From a virus (lineage: Duplodnaviria; Caudoviricetes): 27,532 bases of DNA. A program made the translations under genes and the position numbers. Positions 15,848-24,263 of the stretch are shown here, piece after piece (within the stretch, counting starts at the first letter, position 1; each line of letters opens with the position of its first letter). Where the stretch lies: the IMG/VR virus record IMGVR_UViG_3300006097_000029, positions 1 through 27,532 of that record; one strand, 5' to 3'. The notes below the pieces were generated by a model that made no database searches, had not been told where the DNA came from, and was given only the letters and a program-made list of their open reading frames with translations.

Positions 15848-17301
15848 TAGATTACACACAAGTTTTATTATCAGAATTACAAGGTGTATATGGAGATTCA
15901 TTGCAAAAAATTAATGAAATCAATACATATTACTCTATATATGATGGTGATCAAGCATGGATAACTGCAGCAGGGCTTGATTATACACCTACTAAAAAGA
16001 TTACTAACATAATCCAAACCCTAATTGATAAAAGAGCAAGGTTTATGTTTGGTAAAGAACCATATTTTGATATAAAGTCTGTTAACCAGGATGAAGGAGA
16101 AGCTACTACATATCAAGACCAGGCTCAAGAGAAAGAAAATCTTTTATATAAAATATTCAAAGAGAACAACTTTCATAGCAAGTTACTAAAAGCTAAAAAG
16201 GACTGTTCAATTGGTGGGAAGGTCGCAATTAAGCTCTGGGGCCACAAAGATTATGGGTTAAAGATAATCTTCGTACCAGCACAAGAATTCTTTGCACAGT
16301 ACAATATAGACGATATAGACCAGCTTGAAAAGGTGGTCTTTCTTTATGCAATGAATGAAGAAACAACTCCAGACAAACAGAGAATTAAGAAGCAAACTTG
16401 GGAGTTATCTGAAGGTAAATGTATCTTAAACGAGTCTACATACAATGGTCATGGAATAAGATTATCAGTTGAATATGAGGACTATAATACAGGGCTAGAC
16501 TTCATTCCAGCACTTATTATTAAAAATGGAGGATTAACAGGAGAGACTGAAGGAAAATCAGATGTACAAAGGTTATGGTCTAATCAAGATGTATATAACA
16601 AATTAACTAGTGATGATGTAGATGCTTTAAAGTTTCAGATGTTTGGCCAAGATGTAGTAACAGATGCTGATGAAAGAAGTCTTAAGAATATTAAAATTGC
16701 TCCAGGGGCAATGATAGACCTACAAACTGACACAGTAAAAGCAAGAGAAGGTAAGCAAGCTCATATGAGCAGGCTTGAAAGCAACTTTTCTTATGGAGAT
16801 AAGTTTGCAGATACTATTAATCGTATTAAAAATGATATGTATGACCAGATGGAAGTGCCAAATGTATCTCTAGAGCAGTTAAAAGGTCTTATGCAGTCAG
16901 GTAAGAGTATGAAAGCTCTATATTGGGGCCTTATAGCAGCATGTGAAGAAGATTGGACTGAATGGGAGCCAAAACTTCAGCAGATGGTTGATTATATCTT
17001 CAAGATGATTGATGTATATAACCTCTATGGAGCAAAAAAGATAGCGAAATATGAAACTTCTTTAACCATACATCATAACTATCCAATTCAAGAAGATGAA
17101 GACGAGAAGAAAAAGATTGATATGGAAGAAGTAGTTAGCGAAGTTAGATCCAGAAAGTCATACATGAAGAAGTGGGGAGAGTATGAAGATATAGATAGTG
17201 AGCTAGAGCAGATTCAAAGAGAAAAGCAGATGATGCAAGACAGTTTCACTCAAGACCTTCTAAACAATATCAATGAGCCAATAGACAAGCTAGAAGAATA
17301 G
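15844..17301 (+). CDS. SPP1-like portal protein
   Basis: 485 aa directly after terL; ARFMFGKEP..SGKSMK..D..SELEQI C-terminus. Confidence 0.88.
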   Translation: MIDYTQVLLSELQGVYGDSLQKINEINTYYSIYDGDQAWITAAGLDYTPTKKITNIIQTLIDKRARFMFGKEPYFDIKSVNQDEGEATTYQDQAQEKENLLYKIFKENNFHSKLLKAKKDCSIGGKVAIKLWGHKDYGLKIIFVPAQEFFAQYNIDDIDQLEKVVFLYAMNEETTPDKQRIKKQTWELSEGKCILNESTYNGHGIRLSVEYEDYNTGLDFIPALIIKNGGLTGETEGKSDVQRLWSNQDVYNKLTSDDVDALKFQMFGQDVVTDADERSLKNIKIAPGAMIDLQTDTVKAREGKQAHMSRLESNFSYGDKFADTINRIKNDMYDQMEVPNVSLEQLKGLMQSGKSMKALYWGLIAACEEDWTEWEPKLQQMVDYIFKMIDVYNLYGAKKIAKYETSLTIHHNYPIQEDEDEKKKIDMEEVVSEVRSRKSYMKKWGEYEDIDSELEQIQREKQMMQDSFTQDLLNNINEPIDKLEE

Positions 17302-17311
17302 GTGATGCTCT

Positions 17312-19039
17312 ATGCAAAACGAGTATCAAAGAATAGCTCTAGCAGCTAGGAGAAATGTATCTAAACTTACTCTGAAGCAGCAAAAGAAAGTTCATAGCAT
17401 TTATGAGAGTGCTATTAACAACCTAATCAATGACATATATAAACATGATGAAAAATCTTTGGCTTCTAGGTGGAAAAATGATTATGTTAAGCAGTTAGAC
17501 AAAGTGTCAAGAAATCTATATAGAGAAATTAGAGAAAGCACTAAAGATGGTATTAGAAAAGGTGCTAAGTTTGGAGCTGATAGTAATAAAGATATACTTA
17601 AGAATATTTTTGATGTAGCTGGTATAGATCCAGGAGATCATTTCACTACAGCTTTCTCACAAGTTCAAGAAGGTGTTATTAAAGATATTATAGCTGGGGA
17701 CATTTATTCAGATGGAAAAACTCTTTCTGAAAGGATATGGAATACTAAAAGTGAATTTGAGAAAGATATCCAGTATGTTATAAGTCAAGGTATAGCAGAG
17801 AAAAAATCAACTATTGAACTTGCTGAAGATCTAGAACAGTTTGTTAAGGATAAAGCACAAAGGAAATCCACCTGGAGAAAGTCTTATCCTCATCTTAAAA
17901 ATAAAACTATTGACTATAATGCTCAAAGATTAGCCAGGACAAGTATTAACCATGCCTATCAGTCAGCTAGTGTTAAGAGCTCTAATATGAACCCTTTTAT
18001 TGAGGGTATAGAGTGGAGAAGTGCATTAATACATGGAAGGACATGTGAACTATGTAGAGAGAGACATGGCCAAGTATTTGATAAAGACAGTGTTCCATTA
18101 GATCATCCTAATGGTTTATGTACAATGCTTCCTTCAATCTCAAAATCAACTGATGAAGTGGCAACTGAGTTAAGAGATTGGGTTGATGGTGGAGAGAACA
18201 AGGTATTAGATGAATGGTATGAAGAATATGGAGATTACTTTGCTGGAGTTAAGAAGCCAAATGATGATATAATTAAAGAAGGAATAAAGAAGGCTAGTGA
18301 AGCTTCAAAAGATGCAAAGAAAACATATAAAAGCACTAAAGAAGCTTTCAATAAGGTTAGTTATAGAGGGATAGACAAAGAGTTTGCTGAAAAGATTGAT
18401 AAGAGATTTTTAGATCTAGCTAATACTTATCCTATAAACACAGAAGAAATAACAATTAAAGCATTGAAGAATAAAAGAAACTTTGGTTCATATTCTAATC
18501 AAGTATATAACAAGGGTAAAAGAAAGCTTGGATATAGAAATCAAATTGTTGTTTCAAGCTATAATAATAGAGATGAAGCTTATGCTAAAGCAGCACATAT
18601 TGCAGAAGCTAAGTATAGGGCTAGCAAAAACATGGCCACATTATCTACTATAGATCATGAATATGCACATGCGATAGATATGATGGCTGTAATGAAAAAG
18701 AACCCAGAACTAAAACCTGAAGCACTAAAGTGGGTTGGTAAAAAATTGAGAAACGAAGATGTTGATGCAATAAATGACATTAATAGAAGGATAAATGAGT
18801 CTCCAGAGAAGTTTTCTGAAAGATTATTTGTATCTTTAGGCAAAGAATTTGAGTTATCAGATGCAAAACTATGGCGTAGGATATACAGTGAATTAGGGGA
18901 TTATGCTACAGAAAACAAGAATGAATTCTTTGCTGAAGGATTCTCAGCATATAGGCATATACCAAAAGAAGAACAAACAGAATTTGTTAAGAAGTTTGGA
19001 GAGCATTTTGAAAAACTATTTGAAGAGGTGTTTAGATAA
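17312..19039 (+). CDS. MuF/gp7-like minor head protein with C-terminal HExxH metalloprotease domain
   Basis: LSERIW..AQRLARTS..RTCELC..PLDHPNGLC MuF core. Extension carries HEYAH and YATENKNEFFAEGF. Confidence 0.88.
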   Translation: MQNEYQRIALAARRNVSKLTLKQQKKVHSIYESAINNLINDIYKHDEKSLASRWKNDYVKQLDKVSRNLYREIRESTKDGIRKGAKFGADSNKDILKNIFDVAGIDPGDHFTTAFSQVQEGVIKDIIAGDIYSDGKTLSERIWNTKSEFEKDIQYVISQGIAEKKSTIELAEDLEQFVKDKAQRKSTWRKSYPHLKNKTIDYNAQRLARTSINHAYQSASVKSSNMNPFIEGIEWRSALIHGRTCELCRERHGQVFDKDSVPLDHPNGLCTMLPSISKSTDEVATELRDWVDGGENKVLDEWYEEYGDYFAGVKKPNDDIIKEGIKKASEASKDAKKTYKSTKEAFNKVSYRGIDKEFAEKIDKRFLDLANTYPINTEEITIKALKNKRNFGSYSNQVYNKGKRKLGYRNQIVVSSYNNRDEAYAKAAHIAEAKYRASKNMATLSTIDHEYAHAIDMMAVMKKNPELKPEALKWVGKKLRNEDVDAINDINRRINESPEKFSERLFVSLGKEFELSDAKLWRRIYSELGDYATENKNEFFAEGFSAYRHIPKEEQTEFVKKFGEHFEKLFEEVFR

Positions 19040-19284
19040 TGGAGCCTTTACATGGTACTAAACTATATAAAGAAAGAATAACGAATCAAGATTATAATAT
19101 GATGATGTCAGAGTTAATGGTGCTAGTGGTCAAGTATGAAGCTGGTGAAGATGTAGACACAGATAGGGTTGAATATATTGGAGAGCTATTTGATATGGCT
19201 GAAGAAGAGGATGACGAATGGCATAATTTTTATAAAGAGTATTTAGAACTGAAAAAAGAAAGAGAAAACGAAGATCATAAGTAA
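19039..19284 (+). CDS. Small acidic protein, candidate immunity/partner of the MuF extension
   Basis: TAATG translational coupling, 81 aa, D/E-rich. Confidence 0.65.
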   Translation: MEPLHGTKLYKERITNQDYNMMMSELMVLVVKYEAGEDVDTDRVEYIGELFDMAEEEDDEWHNFYKEYLELKKERENEDHK

Positions 19285-19310
19285 TTAATTCATAATTGGA
19301 GGTATATATA

Positions 19311-19802
19311 TTGGAATTTGAAGAGCTAAGAGAGTCTTGTTGAGCAAATAATGAAAATTCTACAAGTAATGTAGAAAAAGAGTCTTTATGTCCTGAATGT
19401 AAAGGTGAAACACAAAGAATTAAAACTATAACTGTTAAGCATTTTGTTAAAGATAATCTAGTAAAATCAGTCCATGATGGCAATTATATGGCTTGTCTTG
19501 ATGAGGAATGCGATGTTGTATATTACAGCTTAGAGCAAGATATTGTGTTTAGAAAGAACGACCTCAAAATTCCTGTGTGGTATAAAAAAGATGCGGATCC
19601 TAAATACATATGTTACTGCAGTAAGGTTACAGAAGAGCAAATCATTGATGCAGTTCTTAAAAAAGGTGCTAAAAACATAAAGGATATAATTAGAATTACA
19701 GGAGCAATGGAAAACTGCAACTGTGAAGTTAATAATCCATTAAGCAAGTGTTGTAGCCCATATATTCAAGAAACTATAGATAAAGCATTAAGTAAAAAAT
19801 AG
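19311..19802 (+). CDS. CopZ-N zinc-finger/BFD-like [2Fe-2S] protein with in-frame TGA at codon 11 (candidate selenoprotein, 163 aa)
   Basis: GGAGG RBS (19298-302) and TTG at 19311. MEFEELRESC*ANN..CPEC..TVKH..CLDEECDVVYY..ICYC..CNCEVNNP..KCC is in frame with the ORF-track ORF 19488..19802. Confidence 0.8.
19341..19376 (+). promoter_or_regulatory. Candidate bacterial SECIS element
   Basis: TGA (19341-43), 14 nt, then perfect stem TTCTACA/TGTAGAA with loop AGTAA. Confidence 0.6.
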
Positions 19803-19833
19803 TATAGATTTACAATTTAATAAGTATTTAACC

Positions 19834-19859
19834 AGGACACCCATTGAGGTGTCTTTTTT
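19834..19859 (+). terminator. Intrinsic terminator
   Basis: AGGACACC-CATTGA-GGTGTCTT followed by a T run. Confidence 0.75.
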
Positions 19860-19861
19860 AA

Positions 19862-19930
19862 TGCTCTTTTTAGTATTTATGAGTCAAAACCAAAAGAGTT
19901 CGTGGTGGAGCCGACCACTCAAAAAAGGTC
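19862..19930 (+). ncRNA. Candidate cis-regulatory RNA upstream of the GP20-type scaffold gene
   Basis: GCTCTTTT..AAAAGAGT pairing, hairpin GTGGT-GGAGCCG-ACCAC, then an A-run and GGT able to pair with the loop GCC. Confidence 0.45.
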
Positions 19931-19954
19931 AGAACAAAATATGGAGGGATATTG

Positions 19955-20527
19955 ATGGATTTAAAAGAGTTATTAGGTGAGCAGTTGTTTGATCAAGTAA
20001 GTGACAAGCTAGGAGAACATAAGATAGATATCGTTAGTGATGGTAAGTGGATTCCAGTAGAGAAGTTTAATACTGTGAATCAAGAGAAAAATGAGTACAA
20101 AACTCAAGTTGATGATCTAAACAAGGATTTAGGCAAGCTTCAAGGTCAATTGAAAAACAATGAAGATGCTACTAAAACCATACAAGACTTACAGCAAAAG
20201 ATTAAAGATAAAGATGCTGAGATGACTAAGATTAATAAGTTAAGCACTATTAAATTGGAGGCACTAAAGGCAGAACCTAACGATATAGAGGACATTTTAC
20301 CACATCTAGACACTGAAAAAGTGATAGTTAATGATGATGGTATTACAGGGCTTAAAGAGCAATTAGAGAGCCTAAAAGAAGCTAAACCTTACTTATTTAA
20401 AGAGACTACACCACCTGGTACAGGAGGAAGTAAAGGTGGAGGACCTAAGGGAAAGACAGAAGTAACAAATCAATCAACAGAGGAATTCATGAAAGCAATT
20501 TATGACAATCAAGCAAAAAGAAATTAG
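19955..20527 (+). CDS. Capsid scaffold protein (Phage_GP20-like)
   Basis: MDLKELLGE..DGKWIPVEKFN, coiled coil, GLKEQLESLKEAKPYLF. Confidence 0.88.
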   Translation: MDLKELLGEQLFDQVSDKLGEHKIDIVSDGKWIPVEKFNTVNQEKNEYKTQVDDLNKDLGKLQGQLKNNEDATKTIQDLQQKIKDKDAEMTKINKLSTIKLEALKAEPNDIEDILPHLDTEKVIVNDDGITGLKEQLESLKEAKPYLFKETTPPGTGGSKGGGPKGKTEVTNQSTEEFMKAIYDNQAKRN

Positions 20528-20542
20528 TAGGAGGAATACAGA

Positions 20543-21442
20543 ATGCCAGATACAACTTATTTAAGAGAGAATCTAGTTGGTTTTGTACCAACTGAACAAG
20601 CAGCAGGGATAATGAAAGAGGTAGCAAGAGGATCTTCTGTTCTTAGACTCTCTGATGTGAAGCCTATGAAAAGTGATAAGAAGAAGTTTTCAATAATGAC
20701 AGATGGCCCAGGAGCTTACTGGGTAGGAGAGACAGAGAGAATTCAAACTAGCACAGCATCTTGGATCTTCCCAGAAATGGAAGCTAAGAAGTTAGCAGTT
20801 ATAATCCCAACAACTAAAGAGAAGTTAAATGACACTACTATCAATGTGTTTGGAGAAATGAGACCAGCAATTGCAGAAGCTTTTTATAAAGCGATAGATG
20901 CAGCTTGCTTGTTTGGTACTAACTCTCCATTTGCAAAGTCAATAATCAGTGTAGCTGATGGTGTTGATAATGAAATAGTAGATGGTACTGCAGAAAGCTT
21001 AGATCTAGATGTATCAGATCTTATGGCTTTAATTGAAGATGCAGGGTTAGATGTTAATGGTTTTACAGCTCATTATGGTATCAAAAATAGACTTAGAAAG
21101 CTTAGAGATGCAAATGGTAACCAGCTATTTGTTAGTGGAGTTGATCAAAATGAGTTTTACAACAATCCTATTGAGTTTTCTAGGAATGGAGCATGGGATA
21201 AGACATTAGCAGAACTAATAGCAGGAAACTGGAACTATTCACTAGTTGGAATAAGGCAAGGAATTGAGTATGAAGTATTGAAAGAAGCTACTTTACAATC
21301 TGTTACTATGGGTGATGGACTACCATTATCTTTAGCTGAGAATGACATGATAGCTCTTAAAGCTACTATGAGACTAGGCTTCTTACCAATCAAAGACGAA
21401 GCATTTGCATTGCTAAGACCAACTGGATTTACAATAACTTAA
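20543..21442 (+). CDS. Major capsid protein (HK97 fold)
   Basis: GAYWVGETERI..KKLAVIIP..D..ALKATMRLGF. Confidence 0.92.
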   Translation: MPDTTYLRENLVGFVPTEQAAGIMKEVARGSSVLRLSDVKPMKSDKKKFSIMTDGPGAYWVGETERIQTSTASWIFPEMEAKKLAVIIPTTKEKLNDTTINVFGEMRPAIAEAFYKAIDAACLFGTNSPFAKSIISVADGVDNEIVDGTAESLDLDVSDLMALIEDAGLDVNGFTAHYGIKNRLRKLRDANGNQLFVSGVDQNEFYNNPIEFSRNGAWDKTLAELIAGNWNYSLVGIRQGIEYEVLKEATLQSVTMGDGLPLSLAENDMIALKATMRLGFLPIKDEAFALLRPTGFTIT

Positions 21443-21448
21443 GCTATG

Positions 21449-21472
21449 AAGAGGGGATAATACCCCTCTTTG
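21449..21472 (+). terminator. Hairpin/terminator after the capsid gene
   Basis: AAGAGGGG-ATAATA-CCCCTCTT-T. Confidence 0.65.
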
Positions 21473-21498
21473 ATTCTTATATATAAGGAGCTGAGAGA

Positions 21499-21744
21499 AT
21501 GCCTAAATATAGTAAAGGGAAAAGAGTTATAGAAGCTACTAAAAGAGCTTTTGAAGTTATATATAAGGCTCAAGGCTATAAAGAACACAAAGAAACTGAA
21601 GAAAAAGCTGAAGTAAAACTATCTAGAGAAGAATTCGAAGAGCTTACAGTGCCTGAACTTAAAGACATGGCTAGGGATGCTGATTTAAGTGGCTATTCAA
21701 GTTTGAATAAAGGAGAGCTGATTGACTTATTGGTAGGTGAGTAA
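21499..21744 (+). CDS. Rho N-terminal-like (HEH) domain protein
   Basis: LTVPELKDMARDADLSGYSSLNKGELIDLL. Confidence 0.8.
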   Translation: MPKYSKGKRVIEATKRAFEVIYKAQGYKEHKETEEKAEVKLSREEFEELTVPELKDMARDADLSGYSSLNKGELIDLLVGE

Positions 21745-22015
21745 TGTGACAGATTTAACTAAGCTAAAGGATCTAATTGATGAAGATAACTTCCCTTATT
21801 TTGAAGATGAGTATCTCTTAAATAGAATAGATCAACTAGATGCTGATGAAGATCTATATGATTTAGCTAGAGAACTATGCATTGTTAAGTCAGGTATAGG
21901 AGAAATTAAGCTAGGTGATATTACTATACCTAGTCCTAAAGAACATTTCTTAACATTAGCAGATAGGTTGAGAAAGAACGTGTCAAGAGCAGTAGGTAGA
22001 GCAGATGAATACTAA
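21737..22015 (+). CDS. Head-tail connector/adaptor
   Basis: Position and size; PYFEDE motif. Confidence 0.65.
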   Translation: MSNVTDLTKLKDLIDEDNFPYFEDEYLLNRIDQLDADEDLYDLARELCIVKSGIGEIKLGDITIPSPKEHFLTLADRLRKNVSRAVGRADEY

Positions 22016-22367
22016 GTACTATAAGAAGTATATAGAAAAACTTATTAACTCTAATCCAGCATCTATAGTTTTAACTAGGGAGATTAAAACTGATGATGGT
22101 TATGGAGGACATACCACAGGAACTAAGACAATAACTGCTAGAGTATCAATTTATGAGAAGAAATCAAGAAGAGAAGTAATAACAGAGTCAGGAGTTCACT
22201 ACAGTGGTATTAGGATTTCAAAAGTATTAGCTTCTTTTGATACAGATATTAAAAGTAATGATGAATTTGAATATCAAGGTAATTTGTATAAAGTGATATC
22301 AATTAATCCTTATATGGATGTATGTAAACAAGCAGAGATAGAAGTGATTGGTAAAAATGAAACTTAA
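22005..22367 (+). CDS. Head closure/stopper protein
   Basis: DDGYGG..DIKSNDEF..YKV; position in the module. Confidence 0.65.
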   Translation: MNTKYYKKYIEKLINSNPASIVLTREIKTDDGYGGHTTGTKTITARVSIYEKKSRREVITESGVHYSGIRISKVLASFDTDIKSNDEFEYQGNLYKVISINPYMDVCKQAEIEVIGKNET

Positions 22368-22689
22368 AATGAGAAACAACTTTAATGCTCTTAGTGTTAA
22401 ACACAAATTAAAAGCTGCAGTAGGTCTCTATGCTCACACAGAAGCTAAAAGAATGGAAGCAGAAGCTAAGAATAAAGCTCCCTGGACTGATAGGACTTCA
22501 AACTCTAGGAATTCCATCTTAGGTGATTTCTTTTGGGATAATAACAAAGCAATTATCACTTTGAGTGGAAATACAATGCAGTTTCCTTATTTAGAGTTAG
22601 CTATGGAGAAGAAGTATGCAGTTTTATATCCAACGATAAATAGTAATTCAGCTAAAATTTACAAAGGCTATAAGAAGTTGGTGAAATAA
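22357..22689 (+). CDS. HK97 gp10-like tail completion protein
   Basis: EAEAKNKAPWTDRT..YLELA motif. Confidence 0.7.
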   Translation: MKLKMRNNFNALSVKHKLKAAVGLYAHTEAKRMEAEAKNKAPWTDRTSNSRNSILGDFFWDNNKAIITLSGNTMQFPYLELAMEKKYAVLYPTINSNSAKIYKGYKKLVK

Positions 22690-23036
22690 TGTGGAAAACA
22701 ATATATGAGAAGTTAAAAGCAGATGGATTGAATCCTTATCCACCAGGAAAACACCAAGGCTTATGTAATCAGTCTTATTGTGTAATTAAAGAAGGAAATC
22801 AAATGCCCACCTTTTACACTAATAAGTTAGGGAATAAGCTCATTGATGTAATAATCTTTGTACCTTTGGCAAGTTATGTAGAAATAGAAGGATATAAGAA
22901 AAGTATTATTGATTCGCTTAAAACTATTAAGAGTATTAAAAAGACTGGAAATGAGACTCCAGTAATAGTAGATGATGATAAGCAAGCTTATACACTAAGC
23001 TTAGAATATAAAATAATGAAAAGGTTGGAGGGATAA
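22689..23036 (+). CDS. Tail terminator-like protein
   Basis: Position before the tail tube gene; coupled start. Confidence 0.6.
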   Translation: MWKTIYEKLKADGLNPYPPGKHQGLCNQSYCVIKEGNQMPTFYTNKLGNKLIDVIIFVPLASYVEIEGYKKSIIDSLKTIKSIKKTGNETPVIVDDDKQAYTLSLEYKIMKRLEG

Positions 23037-23039
23037 TGT

Positions 23040-23600
23040 ATGGCTCAAGTAGTAGAATTTGCTCTAGCTAATATAGCAAGAGTAGATATAGTAACAGAGG
23101 AGACTACACCACAAGAGTTTACACTTACAAATGTGGCCACAGAAGCAGAAGCAACAGCTTACATTTCAGAAGGACAACAAGAAACTATGAGGGTTAAGAA
23201 TGTGATAAAAGCACAGAATAACACTGAAGATATAGTTCTTGGTTATGATATTAAGCTAGTATCAGCAACAATGGTTCCTGAAATACTAGCTTTAATTGAT
23301 GGTGGCTCATTAAGATATGATGATATAGAGACAGATAAAATTGTAGGCTATGATGCACCAGTAATAGGACAGGTAGTATCTAGGATTCCTTTTACACTTA
23401 ATGTCTTTACTGAAGAAAAAGATGTTAATGGAGATATTATAGGATATACAAGGTTTCAATACTTGCATTGTAAAGGAACTCCTGCATCTTACACAATGAA
23501 TGAAGGAGAGTTCTTTACTCCTGAATTAGTATGTAGATCTAGGCCAAAATCTGGTGAGACACCTGCAAAAGTTGACTTTTATGATGAACTACCTGCTTAA
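23040..23600 (+). CDS. Major tail (tube) protein
   Basis: 186 aa, acidic and beta-rich, strong RBS, upstream of the chaperone and tape measure genes. Confidence 0.75.
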   Translation: MAQVVEFALANIARVDIVTEETTPQEFTLTNVATEAEATAYISEGQQETMRVKNVIKAQNNTEDIVLGYDIKLVSATMVPEILALIDGGSLRYDDIETDKIVGYDAPVIGQVVSRIPFTLNVFTEEKDVNGDIIGYTRFQYLHCKGTPASYTMNEGEFFTPELVCRSRPKSGETPAKVDFYDELPA

Positions 23601-23617
23601 ATTAGTGGGTAGTTTTT
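23587..23617 (+). terminator. Weak intrinsic terminator after the tail tube gene
   Basis: AACTACCTGCT-TAAATT-AGTGGGTAGTT followed by TTT. Confidence 0.5.
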
Positions 23618-23638
23618 CTGTATATGGGAGGAATGTAA

Positions 23639-24067
23639 ATGAATAAGGTTTTAAGTATTGAAAAACTAAGAGAAATGGCTTTTAACTATATTGAGATACC
23701 TAATTTTAATGGCCAAGGAACTATAACAGTCCAGGTGCAAAAGCCTAGGATAATGGCAATGGCTGCTGAAGGCAAGATACCTAATCCTTTACTTTCAGTA
23801 GCTAGTAAAATGGCAGGGAGTAAAGGAAGTGCTAAGACAGATGAGAATGCTTTTGTAGATAGTTCAAAAGTTTTTGCTTTATACTGTAAAGCCTGCTTAG
23901 TTAATCCTAAATATGATGATATGAAAGATATTATTACAGATGATCAAATGCTGGCCATATTTAATTGGGCTATGGGTGAGGTTAATGAGATAGAACCCTT
24001 TCGTAAAGAGCAAGGAAATGGCTCAAGTGATAATAATGAGCAAGAGGTACAAGGAGAGACCGAGTAA
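23639..24067 (+). CDS. Tail assembly chaperone (G-like)
   Basis: GKIPNPLL motif; lies between the tube and tape measure genes. Confidence 0.8.
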   Translation: MNKVLSIEKLREMAFNYIEIPNFNGQGTITVQVQKPRIMAMAAEGKIPNPLLSVASKMAGSKGSAKTDENAFVDSSKVFALYCKACLVNPKYDDMKDIITDDQMLAIFNWAMGEVNEIEPFRKEQGNGSSDNNEQEVQGETE

Positions 24068-24263
24068 AATTGTTGGGATTGAAGATACTTACTTAGCTTA
24101 CTGTTTTGATGAAGCTGCTTTATATCTAGAAAGTGAAGCTACAGATAGCAAGGGAGTATTTAAACCTAATAAGATAAGGTGGTCTAGTAACCAGCCAAGT
24201 GGAAATAAAGAACTAATAGCATTTATTCAAAAGCAGAATGGAGGTGGTAAGATTGTCATATAA
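24000..24263 (+). CDS. Frameshifted chaperone extension (T-like; G-T fusion of about 207 aa)
   Basis: The +1 frame opens after TAG 23991-93, just before CCC_TTT_CGT. RPSKIVGIEDTYLAYCFDEA. Confidence 0.75.
   Translation, partial: FVKSKEMAQVIIMSKRYKERPSKIVGIEDTYLAYCFDEAALYLESEATDSKGVFKPNKIRWSSNQPSGNKELIAFIQKQNGGGKIVI

Noticed and set aside
19355-19377. AATTCTAC..GTAGA resembles the Cas12a repeat handle (possible solitary-repeat RNA anti-CRISPR)
   Set aside because: Single copy inside a coding frame, 5' part imperfect, and its position right after an in-frame UGA is better explained as SECIS.
19311-19802. Genome-wide TGA reassignment (alternative genetic code)
   Set aside because: Other genes terminate normally at TGA (for example terL at 15847 and the gene ending at 5969), and conserved genes show no internal stops.
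23639-24067. Classical -1 slippery heptamer for the G/GT fusion
   Set aside because: The downstream ORF is in the +1 frame, and CCCTTTC is phased CCC_TTT_C rather than X_XXY_YYZ.
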